From: a virus
Reading direction: 5' to 3' (one strand)
Length of the DNA stretch: 64,000 nt
IMG/VR virus record: IMGVR_UViG_3300035670_000014
Coordinates: 96,001-160,000 of that record
Below, piece after piece: positions 9,809 to 19,290 of the stretch (the stretch's first letter is position 1; the number at the start of each line of letters is the position of its first letter). Position numbers and translations under genes: made by a program. The notes under the pieces are model-generated. The model worked only from the letters and a program-made list of their open reading frames with translations, did no database searches and was not told the DNA's origin.

Positions 9809-10402
9809 TTAAGGAAGGTTAGCGAAGTAATTAATTGCAGAATCTATAAGATCAGATGTAATACCGGTCTTATAGTTACTGTGTATTAATTGATTGCCAA
9901 ATACCAGACATTCGTCGTCATCGTCAATAACGATGTAGTTTCCAGTATAGTTGCAATAGCTAACCCAGTCCTTAATTTCTTCACTCCTGACAAAGAAACT
10001 ACCTTCGTTTCTTTGTTTGGTTCTAGAAATAATAGAACCAGTAAAACCTTGTAATTTAAGGTATTCTATAGTTCCGTAATAATTAGATCTCCATGTACTT
10101 GAGAGTACATATCTAATATCGGGATAAGTAGAATGAAGTCTATTTAGAATACTAACAAGATCAGGAAAAATACCAGGGTATTTGTCGTCTTGATTGGCGT
10201 TAAAACTACAGGTCCAATTGAGGGCATCTAGATTACTGCCCTCAAAGTTAAGGACACCATCTATGTCAAGAAAAACTAACCTGGTTATTTTAGCCAGGTT
10301 AGGTTTATTTAAGTAATCATCTGAATCATAGAAATTAAGTGGCATTTGAAAATGCCGACAATAATTTATCTCTGATAAATGACTAGAAGATGAATTAGTC
10401 AT
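9809..10402 (-). CDS. HAD-family phosphatase (Swiss Army Knife RNA-repair-like HAD)
   Basis: FLDIDGVLN, VLSSTWR, R.EEI..W, YIVIDDD. Confidence 0.85.
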   Translation of the reverse strand: MTNSSSSHLSEINYCRHFQMPLNFYDSDDYLNKPNLAKITRLVFLDIDGVLNFEGSNLDALNWTCSFNANQDDKYPGIFPDLVSILNRLHSTYPDIRYVLSSTWRSNYYGTIEYLKLQGFTGSIISRTKQRNEGSFFVRSEEIKDWVSYCNYTGNYIVIDDDDECLVFGNQLIHSNYKTGITSDLIDSAINYFANLP

Positions 10403-10676
10403 TGTAAGGAAACAGATTCATGATTGTTTCTTCGCATTTTTCAGTGATCATAAGAGTAACCAAATCAATATCACTCTCACAGTAACCAAATTTCTTCATA
10501 AACTGAAGCAAAGGTTGATAAGATTTAAACATTACAGTTTCTGTAATGTCATCATAAGTTTCGTACTTAAAGCAATCGGAAAACTTTTTGCCATTTTGCT
10601 TCTCGATTAAATAAGTTTGATAATAGAATAAATCAGCTAATTCCATAGTTGTAACCAATGATAAAGTCGCAAGCAA
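10395..10676 (-). CDS. hypothetical protein
   Basis: Short ORF overlapping the next start. Confidence 0.4.
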   Translation of the reverse strand: MLATLSLVTTMELADLFYYQTYLIEKQNGKKFSDCFKYETYDDITETVMFKSYQPLLQFMKKFGYCESDIDLVTLMITEKCEETIMNLFPYND

Positions 10677-10852
10677 ATGTTACTGGATATTGTTCTTTCT
10701 CAGTATTCATTGAATGACTTAAATAGGGGTAATGTCGTAATAAAGACACAAAACCCATGTTGAGTTTCGTTTATAATTTACTTGTATCGGATATAAAAGG
10801 CAAGTAAAGATAAACCAAAAGAAAGAAGGTGAAACCTTCTAGGTTTCACCTT

Positions 10853-11743
10853 TTAGAAAGCATACCTTATCCTGCAATAGGGGATGTACTCTTGTATTAC
10901 AGATTTAAAATTAGAAACACTTTTAGCCTTTAAATCGTATTTATAGCAAATAACATCAGGCTTGTTGTATTTAGTTTGTTGACTCTTAGGATTCCAAAGG
11001 AATGATTCTCCCTTTGGGTTCCATACTTCGTTGATCTTATGAAGCTGCTCACTATGGGTGAGCATTATGACTTCACAAGCAAGTTGATCTTTGGCCTTCT
11101 GAGATAAAGTTGAATCAATAAGCTGGAAAAGCTTAATCCAGTCCTGCCTGGCACCAGGATAAAGAATCACCGGACTAAAGTTCAAGTGAACTTCATAGCC
11201 GGCATCAACAAGTTGATTGATTGCATTTATTCTTGCTGATATTTGACTAGTCCTGATGTCAACATATTGGGATATAGATTGAGGCATAAGGCTATACCTT
11301 ATCCTTACCCTATCCCCAGGATCAAAAGCCAGTAGAGGGGCAATATTGACCGTTTTAGTAGCAAAGCTAACCTTAGCATTCTCGCTGTGCTTAACAGCTT
11401 CCATTATTTCCAGTGGAATGTTGGAAATCATAAGGTCAAGGCTTACATCATTGTTATTACCAATGTCATAAGTCCAATACTTGGAATCACACTGATTAGG
11501 TTCAAGCTTAGGACCCAAAGAGTTAGAATGAGAAATTATAGAATCTATAACATCATCTGTATTAACAAATATAGTAACAGGATTAGAACCACCCTTTCTA
11601 CGAGCCGTATAACAGTTGTGAGTTAGAATATTTTCAGCAAAATAATTTTCATAAACAGGAACATGGAAATTATAAACAGTCGTATTTTTTTCAATTTTCT
11701 TTATACTTTGAATTTTAGAAAACTTAGGAGTTTTAAGTTGCAT
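10853..11743 (-). CDS. Split intein C-fragment (43 aa, 11743-11615) fused to the C-terminal part of spore photoproduct lyase
   Basis: VYNFHV..ENYFAENILTHN/C intein end, then CYTARRK, SFATK, RIRYSLMP, GYEVHLNFSPVI. Confidence 0.9.
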   Translation of the reverse strand: MQLKTPKFSKIQSIKKIEKNTTVYNFHVPVYENYFAENILTHNCYTARRKGGSNPVTIFVNTDDVIDSIISHSNSLGPKLEPNQCDSKYWTYDIGNNNDVSLDLMISNIPLEIMEAVKHSENAKVSFATKTVNIAPLLAFDPGDRVRIRYSLMPQSISQYVDIRTSQISARINAINQLVDAGYEVHLNFSPVILYPGARQDWIKLFQLIDSTLSQKAKDQLACEVIMLTHSEQLHKINEVWNPKGESFLWNPKSQQTKYNKPDVICYKYDLKAKSVSNFKSVIQEYIPYCRIRYAF

Positions 11744-12574
11744 AACTGTTCTGTTTGTGGAAAGTTTACTAATAAAAAATGCTGTGAAGAAAAAGTATTC
11801 CTAGAGAAAGGTTTAGTATTTAACTATCACAGTGAAGCTGCAAGATATTTTAATGTAGATTCAAGATATGCAAAAAGAAAACTCTATAATGTAAACTATA
11901 CTTTAAGTGAAATAAAAATAACAAAAAACAGCAAACTAGTTAATTGTAAAATTTGCAATCAATCATCAATAACTTCAAAATGTAGAGCTGGATATTGTAA
12001 AAATTGCTCTCGTAAAGGATTAGGTAAGAAAACTAGAGGAATAGAATTAAGAAATAAATACCTTGGAGAGAAAAATCCAAACTTTAAAGATGGTAAAGCA
12101 AGGCAGTCGATAAGAAACAGACATGAATGGAAAGAAATAAGAAAAGAAATTCTTTCAGAAAGACAATGCTGTGAAGTAAGTGGACATAGTAAATACTTAC
12201 ATCTTCATCATATATTGCCAGTTTGCTTATTTCCACAATATTCATTAGAAAAATGGAACATTATTGTTCTTCAGGCTAATCTACACATAGAAGTTCATCG
12301 TCAAGATTTAGATATTGTGCTTCTACCCAACCTCTGTTCTTTGTATAAAGAGGATGTTCACCTGATACGCGAAGAGTTCGTCCGTCAACTGAAATTTCAT
12401 AAATTTCACTTACTTGACGAGATGCCAAATGAAAAGCTTGAGCTACTAAAGGAGAACCAGAATTGGTATCGTAAGAAATTACATCTGATCCCGATAGAAT
12501 TTGTTCTACAGGAATTTGGCCACTTGGAGTGGATATCAAAGTTCCTTCTTCCACGCAGTAGAGGCAAGAACTAA
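11663..12574 (+). CDS. HNH homing endonuclease with Zn-finger and NUMOD-like segments, antisense to the SPL gene
   Basis: CKIC, CKNC, GEKNPNFKDG, CEVSG...HLHHILP...NIIVL..NLH.EVH. Confidence 0.85.
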   Translation: MEIINSRIFFNFLYTLNFRKLRSFKLHNCSVCGKFTNKKCCEEKVFLEKGLVFNYHSEAARYFNVDSRYAKRKLYNVNYTLSEIKITKNSKLVNCKICNQSSITSKCRAGYCKNCSRKGLGKKTRGIELRNKYLGEKNPNFKDGKARQSIRNRHEWKEIRKEILSERQCCEVSGHSKYLHLHHILPVCLFPQYSLEKWNIIVLQANLHIEVHRQDLDIVLLPNLCSLYKEDVHLIREEFVRQLKFHKFHLLDEMPNEKLELLKENQNWYRKKLHLIPIEFVLQEFGHLEWISKFLLPRSRGKN

Positions 12575-12866
12575 AACAGCCGTTTGCATGAGACGGCGGA
12601 ATAAAATCAGTTGACCTTCCAGAATCAGTCATTGCCATATTAGACATACGACCAATAACAAGAACATGTCTTTTATTTGCTATCCAATCTACAGGATCGG
12701 CCTTAGCTAAATCTGGAATAAGCCAGTGATTCTTAACATATTTAACTTCATAGTTAGAGCCAGAATCTGCAAGCTTTTGACAGATTGATGTGATTCTAGA
12801 TATTTCCTTTTCACTATAATTACAATTCTGTATATAAAGAGTATTTATATCACTCAGTTTAATCAC
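12276..12866 (-). CDS. Spore photoproduct lyase N-terminal part fused to split intein N-fragment (93 aa, 12557-12279)
   Basis: GRSTDFIPPSHANGCFSSCLY/CVEEGTLISTPSG...SGEHPLY...WVEAQYLNLDDEL; likely GTG start at 12866 after a GGGGA RBS. Confidence 0.9.
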   Translation of the reverse strand: MIKLSDINTLYIQNCNYSEKEISRITSICQKLADSGSNYEVKYVKNHWLIPDLAKADPVDWIANKRHVLVIGRMSNMAMTDSGRSTDFIPPSHANGCFSSCLYCVEEGTLISTPSGQIPVEQILSGSDVISYDTNSGSPLVAQAFHLASRQVSEIYEISVDGRTLRVSGEHPLYTKNRGWVEAQYLNLDDELLCVD

Positions 12867-12916
12867 TAGGTCCCCTTGGTTGGTATTAAGAAAAGGCCCC
12901 AAGGGGCCAGATAGAG

Positions 12917-13465
12917 TTAAGACTGATACTCAGCAAGTAAATTCCTTACACGCTGAATTTCTTCTAGTGTATGAGGAGTACCTGTAGCGTTGATTCGTAG
13001 GTATAACATTAGCCGATCTGCAGGACTTAGGTCAACATACATAATCTTAACTTCCGTCTTGCGATATAGCTGTCGAATGTCCTTATCATCAAACTCATGT
13101 ACATAAATGTTCTCGCCGGTAGTCGGTTCGATTGCCGGGATGTTACCAAGCATCCAATGGTACAGCGAAAAGAGCCGATGTTGCCCATCAATGATCTCCA
13201 TATGATCATCGTAGATGTTTCGATTGATCCAGCATGGAGGACAGAATCCTCCAGTAATCATACTTCCGACAAAAGCACTAGCTTGATATACAGTCCAAGT
13301 ATGATTTCGTTGATAGTCAGGGACTACCCACTTTCGATTAGGATCATCTGGACTACCTGCAAATCCCTTTTGTATCTCAAACAAGTTAGCATGCGACTCA
13401 ACAACAAAAGGCAATGGTTTAAAGATAGAATCAAATGATCTTTTGATTAGAGTTGAAGCTGTCAT
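12917..13465 (-). CDS. DUF262/ParB-like domain protein
   Basis: PDYQRNHTW, IIDGQHRL, YLRINATGTP. Confidence 0.85.
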   Translation of the reverse strand: MTASTLIKRSFDSIFKPLPFVVESHANLFEIQKGFAGSPDDPNRKWVVPDYQRNHTWTVYQASAFVGSMITGGFCPPCWINRNIYDDHMEIIDGQHRLFSLYHWMLGNIPAIEPTTGENIYVHEFDDKDIRQLYRKTEVKIMYVDLSPADRLMLYLRINATGTPHTLEEIQRVRNLLAEYQS

Positions 13466-13475
13466 GTTTTAGATT

Positions 13476-13799
13476 TTAGCCTTTAATTTTAGTATTTAAA
13501 GCACTAATATTTGTTCTTTCAGGGATAGAAGTACTATACCAAGTACTATATTCATCTAGAATATAAGATAGAGAATTAATAAATAAAGATATAGAAGGAT
13601 CGAAACTATAAGTATTATCAAGAGTCATACTTAAGCCTAGATTTGAAATTCTATATCTTGCATAAAGAACTCTATCAATAAAAATGCTTAACTCTCCGGT
13701 ACCATAGTCTTCAAATAAGATTCCTGAATCTTGGTACTTGAAGAAGTATGAAAAGAGTTTCTGAGTTACAGTTCTGCTTATAGGTAAAGTTTTACTCAT
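13476..13799 (-). CDS. hypothetical protein
   Basis: ORF with AAGG RBS. Confidence 0.5.
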   Translation of the reverse strand: MSKTLPISRTVTQKLFSYFFKYQDSGILFEDYGTGELSIFIDRVLYARYRISNLGLSMTLDNTYSFDPSISLFINSLSYILDEYSTWYSTSIPERTNISALNTKIKG

Positions 13800-13831
13800 T
13801 TTTACCTTAATATAGGTTAGATTTAGTTAAG

Positions 13832-13906
13832 TACGCCTGGAAGGATTCGAACCTCCGACCGATCGGGTAGAAACCGATTGCTGCTATCCAACTGAGCTAC
13901 AGGCGC
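13832..13906 (-). tRNA. tRNA-Arg(TCT)
   Basis: Cloverleaf; anticodon arm ATCGG-TTTCTAC-CCGAT; CCA not encoded. Confidence 0.92.
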
Positions 13907-13942
13907 ATGAATAATGGCACTTAATATAAATTAAGTTAAGAT

Positions 13943-14296
13943 TTAGTGGTCAGGATAGTAGAGCATATCCTCAAAGAGATAAGGATCATCAAACGGCTCT
14001 TCTTGGGTAATAGAGCCATCAGGGTGAACTTCAAAGTGATCATGAATTGACCAAATTGAAGAATCGTTTACCAGAGCTCTAAGGTGCTTAAGGATTTGAG
14101 CATCCGTAAGCTGATTGCATGCTACATCTTCAAGAAAGATAGAAAAGTCAATTGACTTATCGCCCTTAATTGACCTGATATAGGGTGCCCTGACGTAGAT
14201 TACAATTTCAGCATCTAAATCTACAGCAAGTTTACGGGCATATTCAAATGCCTCAGACTTAGTAGTAAAAGTATTACCATTAACTAAATACTTCAT
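13943..14296 (-). CDS. hypothetical protein
   Basis: ORF with GAGG RBS. Confidence 0.6.
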   Translation of the reverse strand: MKYLVNGNTFTTKSEAFEYARKLAVDLDAEIVIYVRAPYIRSIKGDKSIDFSIFLEDVACNQLTDAQILKHLRALVNDSSIWSIHDHFEVHPDGSITQEEPFDDPYLFEDMLYYPDH

Positions 14297-14314
14297 AAGG
14301 TAACCTCTAAGGGT

Positions 14315-14533
14315 TTAGTTGAAAGATGTAAGTATATCTTGCACGTCAAGGAGGCAATCAATAGTATCCTGATGGGTAGGATTACTCATTTTCATAAGTA
14401 AGTCTATTCTATCAAGAGCTTTAGTGATTGTAGACCTGATAGGGCTACCATTTATTTTCATTTCAGTTACAGCTTTAATCAAAGCCGAAATATCTTCAGG
14501 AGATAAAGCAAACCTGTAGTCGGTTTCGGTCAT
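14315..14533 (-). CDS. hypothetical protein
   Basis: ORF with GGGGA RBS. Confidence 0.55.
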   Translation of the reverse strand: MTETDYRFALSPEDISALIKAVTEMKINGSPIRSTITKALDRIDLLMKMSNPTHQDTIDCLLDVQDILTSFN

Positions 14534-14609
14534 AGTTCCCCTATTATTTTAGAAATAAAAGCCCAACTAAACCCAAGATTAAAAGGATCTAGTTGGGCAG
14601 TTATTTGAA

Positions 14610-15011
14610 TTATTCTGAGTCAGACTCAGAAGACTCCAGAGCACCTAGCATGGGGAGTGCAGAACGCACACTTTCCATGAGGGGCTCGGCTACATCACGT
14701 CCTACAGCCTCAGATACAAGACTTGCAGCCTGACGGGCTGTACGAGCAGTACGACCAGTAATTAGGTTTGTATCTGCTGCCATTGACAGAGCCATAGCAC
14801 CAAGAAGCTTAACAGCAGCACGGCCGTAAGGATTCTCGAGAACTACATCTGCACTTTCACCAAGTAGGCCACGGCCTACCTGAATAGCAACTTCTGATGC
14901 CTGATTGGCAACACCGACCTTGACTCCGTGACGGAGGCCAGAGGCGATTGACTCAAGAGAATTTGAAACTGGTGAACTGCCAGGAGCAGTTCCGATAGTG
15001 ATTGTAGCCAT
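14610..15011 (-). CDS. Ala/Gly-rich hypothetical protein
   Basis: ORF; probable start MATIT at 15011. Confidence 0.55.
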   Translation of the reverse strand: MATITIGTAPGSSPVSNSLESIASGLRHGVKVGVANQASEVAIQVGRGLLGESADVVLENPYGRAAVKLLGAMALSMAADTNLITGRTARTARQAASLVSEAVGRDVAEPLMESVRSALPMLGALESSESDSE

Positions 15012-15453
15012 TTGTTTATTTTTCCATGGAGGTTGTTTTAGTATGAATTTTATATAAGAATAGACTTGTCTGATCAAGTAAGATTTTAATACTTGTCTGT
15101 ATTTAAATAATAAGACACGGGTTTACTTAATTAGACAATTTGAACTTTTAGTAAGATTAGTACCCGACTAGTGCTTTGTTTTAGCTTTTCTATTATTTTT
15201 TGTTCTAGTCGTGGGTGAATCTATAGTCTTACTATTAGTTCTTTGATCTACGCTTGTTGCAAGAATCCGATTGATCAAATTGGATCCAAGCTCAATCAAA
15301 TTAAAACGGACCGAAAAGGTGGCGGGGCCAACCTTTAGAGTTGTAATGTTACTAAGTCTGTTGTTTTTTAACATAAGCATATCCTGGTAGGACTTACACT
15401 ACAGATTGCCGGAACGGCAACAGGGCAGTTAAGCAAGTTTCCTTTAGGAAAAT

Positions 15454-15741
15454 CTACTTAGAAATTTCAATTTGGCCATTGAGAATGCAAACAATGGGAT
15501 TGATAGATCTAGATAGTATGCCATTAAATGTCTCTTCGGTCATTGAAACAAACTTCGCAGATTTAGGTAAGCAATCTGTAAGTTTAATTTCGTTAAGGTG
15601 AAAAGCATATATAGATTGTGTTCCATCTTGTGCTCTTAGAATCAGGTGGTAATTTTTAGCTGATAAGTTGGATAAAAATGAAATATCATTAGTTTTAGAA
15701 TGGGAAAAGTAACTATTGGCAAGTTTTATCGAATGATGCAT
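15454..15741 (-). CDS. hypothetical protein
   Basis: ORF. Confidence 0.5.
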   Translation of the reverse strand: MHHSIKLANSYFSHSKTNDISFLSNLSAKNYHLILRAQDGTQSIYAFHLNEIKLTDCLPKSAKFVSMTEETFNGILSRSINPIVCILNGQIEISK

Positions 15742-15751
15742 TTTTAACCTA

Positions 15752-16540
15752 CTAACTTAAGATTAACACTCGTCTATTCCATCGAGATAAGAAAGGAGTA
15801 GCTTGTTGGTTTTCTTTGTATTCCGTAATAAAGGAATGGGACAAACCATAGCAATCTTGAAGAAAGGACATTACTTCAACCTCCGAAGGAGGGTTGGCTT
15901 TTATATCAAGAATATTAGACTTAAATATAGGTCTTTTTATAAGATACTTATTAACTAAAGTGCCTGACTCAAAGTATGGTTCAAGACTGAATTTGATTGC
16001 ATAAAATGTTGAACAGAAAGCCTGATAAATAATATCAACCTTTTCATCTTTAACTTCATTTTTTAGATCAAATCCTGGTAAAGGAATGACTAAATCTTCA
16101 AAATGAAAAGCTAAATTATCAACTTTATGTACTAAATCATTAGCTTTGATTCCTAAGTGATTATAGAATGAAAGCCTAAGATTCTCAATTGCCAGGTGGG
16201 CATTGTCACTCAGATGCTTTTTAACAGGAGTAATAATGTCACCAGTAACAGATTCTTCTACATCATGAAAGAGGCATTCATCTATAAAATCTTCATAGAT
16301 TACTTGGCCCTTTCTGTTTAAGACAACATTCATTGCACTAAACATCTTAGTAGCAATGAGGTAGCAGAATATACAATGCTGAAGTACACTGTACTCAGCT
16401 CTTTGGCCAGCAAATCTGTTAATTCTACTTAAAGTTGCTTCAATAAGCTCAGGCTCAACTTCTTCAACAAATTTCCTGATTTGACTGTTATCAAATAAAT
16501 CAAAGTGAGAATAGTTGAGACCATTTAGTATAAATGGCAT
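15752..16540 (-). CDS. HD-domain hydrolase (YfbR/5'-deoxynucleotidase-like)
   Basis: LSRINRFAG, YSVLQH, LFHDVEESVTGDIITPVK, VD. Confidence 0.85.
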   Translation of the reverse strand: MPFILNGLNYSHFDLFDNSQIRKFVEEVEPELIEATLSRINRFAGQRAEYSVLQHCIFCYLIATKMFSAMNVVLNRKGQVIYEDFIDECLFHDVEESVTGDIITPVKKHLSDNAHLAIENLRLSFYNHLGIKANDLVHKVDNLAFHFEDLVIPLPGFDLKNEVKDEKVDIIYQAFCSTFYAIKFSLEPYFESGTLVNKYLIKRPIFKSNILDIKANPPSEVEVMSFLQDCYGLSHSFITEYKENQQATPFLSRWNRRVLILS

Positions 16541-16569
16541 TATCCAGGTCTCCAGGATTGTAGAGTAAG

Positions 16570-17211
16570 TTAAGATTCTTCCATTGAAAGAAACTCTACA
16601 TTATTCATTTTGTGTTTAATTGTAGACTTCAAGTTTGGAAAAACTTCAAGTACCTGATCAATAAGCTGCATTCTGACTTTAGACCTAAGACCAGATGAAT
16701 CAAAGTTAGTAGGCTCCTCAAAGTAAGGAACGCCTTTTCTATCGCACCAAGAGATTAGTTCAATCTTTGGAGTTGAAAGAACAGGCCTGGAAATGCCCAT
16801 AGAATGATTTACAGTGGGCATTAGCTTGGGATTGCCTCCAGAGAATGAAGACATAATCCAAGTTTCTACTTGATCATCCAGGTTGTGAGCAGTATGAACG
16901 TAAGCCATATCATACTGTCTCCTTAGAGCAGAGAAAGCAGAATACCTCTCATTTCTCCAGTATTCGTACCAAGATTCAGATGATTTCTTGGAAGATTGAT
17001 TCTTGGAGCAATGAAGTGTGATCTTGCGATCATTACAATAAGATTCAACTAAATCTTGTAGATAGTTACAAGAATCTGCACCATGATTATGGTGAAAAGC
17101 TATTACTTGTTTCTTTCGAGAAAGAAAATCAAGTAATGCCATTGAATCAGGACCGCCGCTGACAGCAACAAGAACACTATTATTTGGAGTTGGCCGAAGG
17201 AGTTTGATCAC
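16570..17211 (-). CDS. tilS: tRNA(Ile)-lysidine synthase, catalytic PP-loop domain only
   Basis: AVSGGPDSMALL, RNERY, TAHNLDDQVET, RP.L, R..VR. Confidence 0.88.
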   Translation of the reverse strand: MIKLLRPTPNNSVLVAVSGGPDSMALLDFLSRKKQVIAFHHNHGADSCNYLQDLVESYCNDRKITLHCSKNQSSKKSSESWYEYWRNERYSAFSALRRQYDMAYVHTAHNLDDQVETWIMSSFSGGNPKLMPTVNHSMGISRPVLSTPKIELISWCDRKGVPYFEEPTNFDSSGLRSKVRMQLIDQVLEVFPNLKSTIKHKMNNVEFLSMEES

Positions 17212-17368
17212 ATCAACACTCTTAGGGTTATAAGATTTAAACTTAAAATAAAGACCCCATAATAAAACATGGCTCTATAAGTTATATGTTTAGGAGTAAA
17301 AAAAATAACAACTAAAGCTGCAAATAACAATACAAAAACGTATAGATTAGTCACAAAGCTAAGCATGA

Positions 17369-17749
17369 TTAATTTCCTAGATACATACATGACCAGGTTT
17401 GATCATTATTAGAATAGAAGACTCTTCTTATTCCGACGTATCTAAGGGCATTTTCACACATAGAGCAGGGCTTACTGTTGGCAAGTTTATCATTGGAGAC
17501 TAATCTTGCAACGTAAACATCTGCTCCCCTTGTAACTTTAATATCAACGTTTAAGATTAAAGCAAGCTCAGCATGGCATGAAGCAAAGTATTTATTTTCT
17601 CTAAATCTAGCACCAAAGCTTGAAAAGCCAGGTTGATTAAAAGAAGTCTTATATACTTTACCGCCCTTATATAGAGCGGCACCATGGCGCATTCTAAAGT
17701 TAGAATCTAAAGCTGCCAGAGTGGCAGCGCGAATAGGTGCCTTTTTCAT
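17369..17749 (-). CDS. Cytidine/dCMP deaminase-fold protein
   Basis: HAE and KPCSMC Zn motifs. Confidence 0.85.
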   Translation of the reverse strand: MKKAPIRAATLAALDSNFRMRHGAALYKGGKVYKTSFNQPGFSSFGARFRENKYFASCHAELALILNVDIKVTRGADVYVARLVSNDKLANSKPCSMCENALRYVGIRRVFYSNNDQTWSCMYLGN

Positions 17750-17758
17750 AAGGGTAGT

Positions 17759-18607
17759 TTAATGCATAGAATCTGGTTCAGTATTTGGGCTTTTGACTGA
17801 AGTAGGAGAATTAATCTCCCAATTGTTAGTTAAGCGATCAGAATCCTGAAGCCAAAGTTCGTAGATGTACTCGTTGAGAGACGGGTAGTCAGCACCTTCA
17901 AGATTGAAAATCATACACTTGTAGTAGTAAAACGCATACCTAACAAAAGTCAAAGCAAAGGGAATGAAATCCAAATAATTCCAATACTCAAGCTCAAGCT
18001 CAATGCTTGGTTCATTGTTCTGGAGATTAGGATTATAGGTTCCACCTTCTCTACTATTCAGGATTTCTCTAGATTCTGTTTCTGCGAATTTAAAATACTG
18101 AGAAAGATAAGGAGTAACAATATCGGGAATGTTATAAATGGAAAAATATGTATGGCCATTTCGACTATAGTCTCTTGCAAGGGAGTAAGACAAAGCCAGC
18201 AAGAAGCAAGCATGTCTAGTGTGCAAAACTGGCCTATTGAGATTGTCAATATTACTGATGGTGATTGTATCTTCCTCTTCCTCGGCGTCGAAGAATGTAA
18301 AAGATTCAATTACGCCACTATGCTTGTAGTTGAAAACTACATCGCCCTTATTAAGATTAAGGGCTGCCTGATTTTGTCCCTTAATTCTTGAAGGAGTATC
18401 GTTGGTAGAGCAACGAGACAAAGAAACTAGCTTGCTATTTTCACTATGGGGAGCCATGCAGAAAGTGTAAACATGCTCACCCATGCTTACATATTCCTCA
18501 ATAACACAAGAAGTGTATTCGTACTCAGGAAACAACCTATGCTTCGATGCATAGCGATCAAGTGTACGGGACATTGACAAGAACTCATCATTATTTTTAT
18601 GTGTCAT
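17759..18607 (-). CDS. hypothetical protein
   Basis: 282-aa ORF. Confidence 0.6.
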   Translation of the reverse strand: MTHKNNDEFLSMSRTLDRYASKHRLFPEYEYTSCVIEEYVSMGEHVYTFCMAPHSENSKLVSLSRCSTNDTPSRIKGQNQAALNLNKGDVVFNYKHSGVIESFTFFDAEEEEDTITISNIDNLNRPVLHTRHACFLLALSYSLARDYSRNGHTYFSIYNIPDIVTPYLSQYFKFAETESREILNSREGGTYNPNLQNNEPSIELELEYWNYLDFIPFALTFVRYAFYYYKCMIFNLEGADYPSLNEYIYELWLQDSDRLTNNWEINSPTSVKSPNTEPDSMH

Positions 18608-18609
18608 TT

Positions 18610-19290
18610 TTACTTACAGGTTAAGAGTACAAAGAAACCAGGAGGAACTTCATTTGGCAAGTAAATATAACTATGCTCATGAAGTATACCTAAAAATAAA
18701 AGTCCGCCAGAGTCTAGTGTATAAGAGCCCTGCATCTCGTCTTCTAAGAAGTATAAATCCACATCAACTAAAGATTTGCCATCTTGAGGAATCCATAGTA
18801 AATATGAATTATGCTGAATAGGCTTCTCATAGGGCTTATCTGGTTTTCTGTCGTGTGAAGCAGGCAAGCTCAGAGTTAGAGCCTTGCAAGATTCAATAAC
18901 TGAGACTGAATAGCAAATATTTCTATTCCCCATCATTCCATCAATGACACCAATAAGTGCCATAAATGGGATTGGAATGGGGTCAAAGTAAGACTCAGAA
19001 GAGAGTGCCCACCAATTAGAAGAGTCAAAATAAAGTTCACTTCCAAAAAATAGGGAGTTAACTTCAAAGTAACTATTATCTGGCAAGGGCCAGTCAATAA
19101 TACTATATTCTAATCTCTCCAAATAAGACTTAAGCCATGATTCCATTTCAAATGGAATGTGGCCTCTATAAAGGTCAAAGGCATACTTCTCAACTTCAAT
19201 GCTTTCATTGTAATCAAAAAGTACATCTTGAAGAGAGAGTGATATTTCTCTATCAGAAAATCTACTTTCTGATTTGATTGGATCCCTCAT
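18610..19290 (-). CDS. hypothetical protein
   Basis: 226-aa ORF, ATGA overlap. Confidence 0.6.
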   Translation of the reverse strand: MRDPIKSESRFSDREISLSLQDVLFDYNESIEVEKYAFDLYRGHIPFEMESWLKSYLERLEYSIIDWPLPDNSYFEVNSLFFGSELYFDSSNWWALSSESYFDPIPIPFMALIGVIDGMMGNRNICYSVSVIESCKALTLSLPASHDRKPDKPYEKPIQHNSYLLWIPQDGKSLVDVDLYFLEDEMQGSYTLDSGGLLFLGILHEHSYIYLPNEVPPGFFVLLTCK

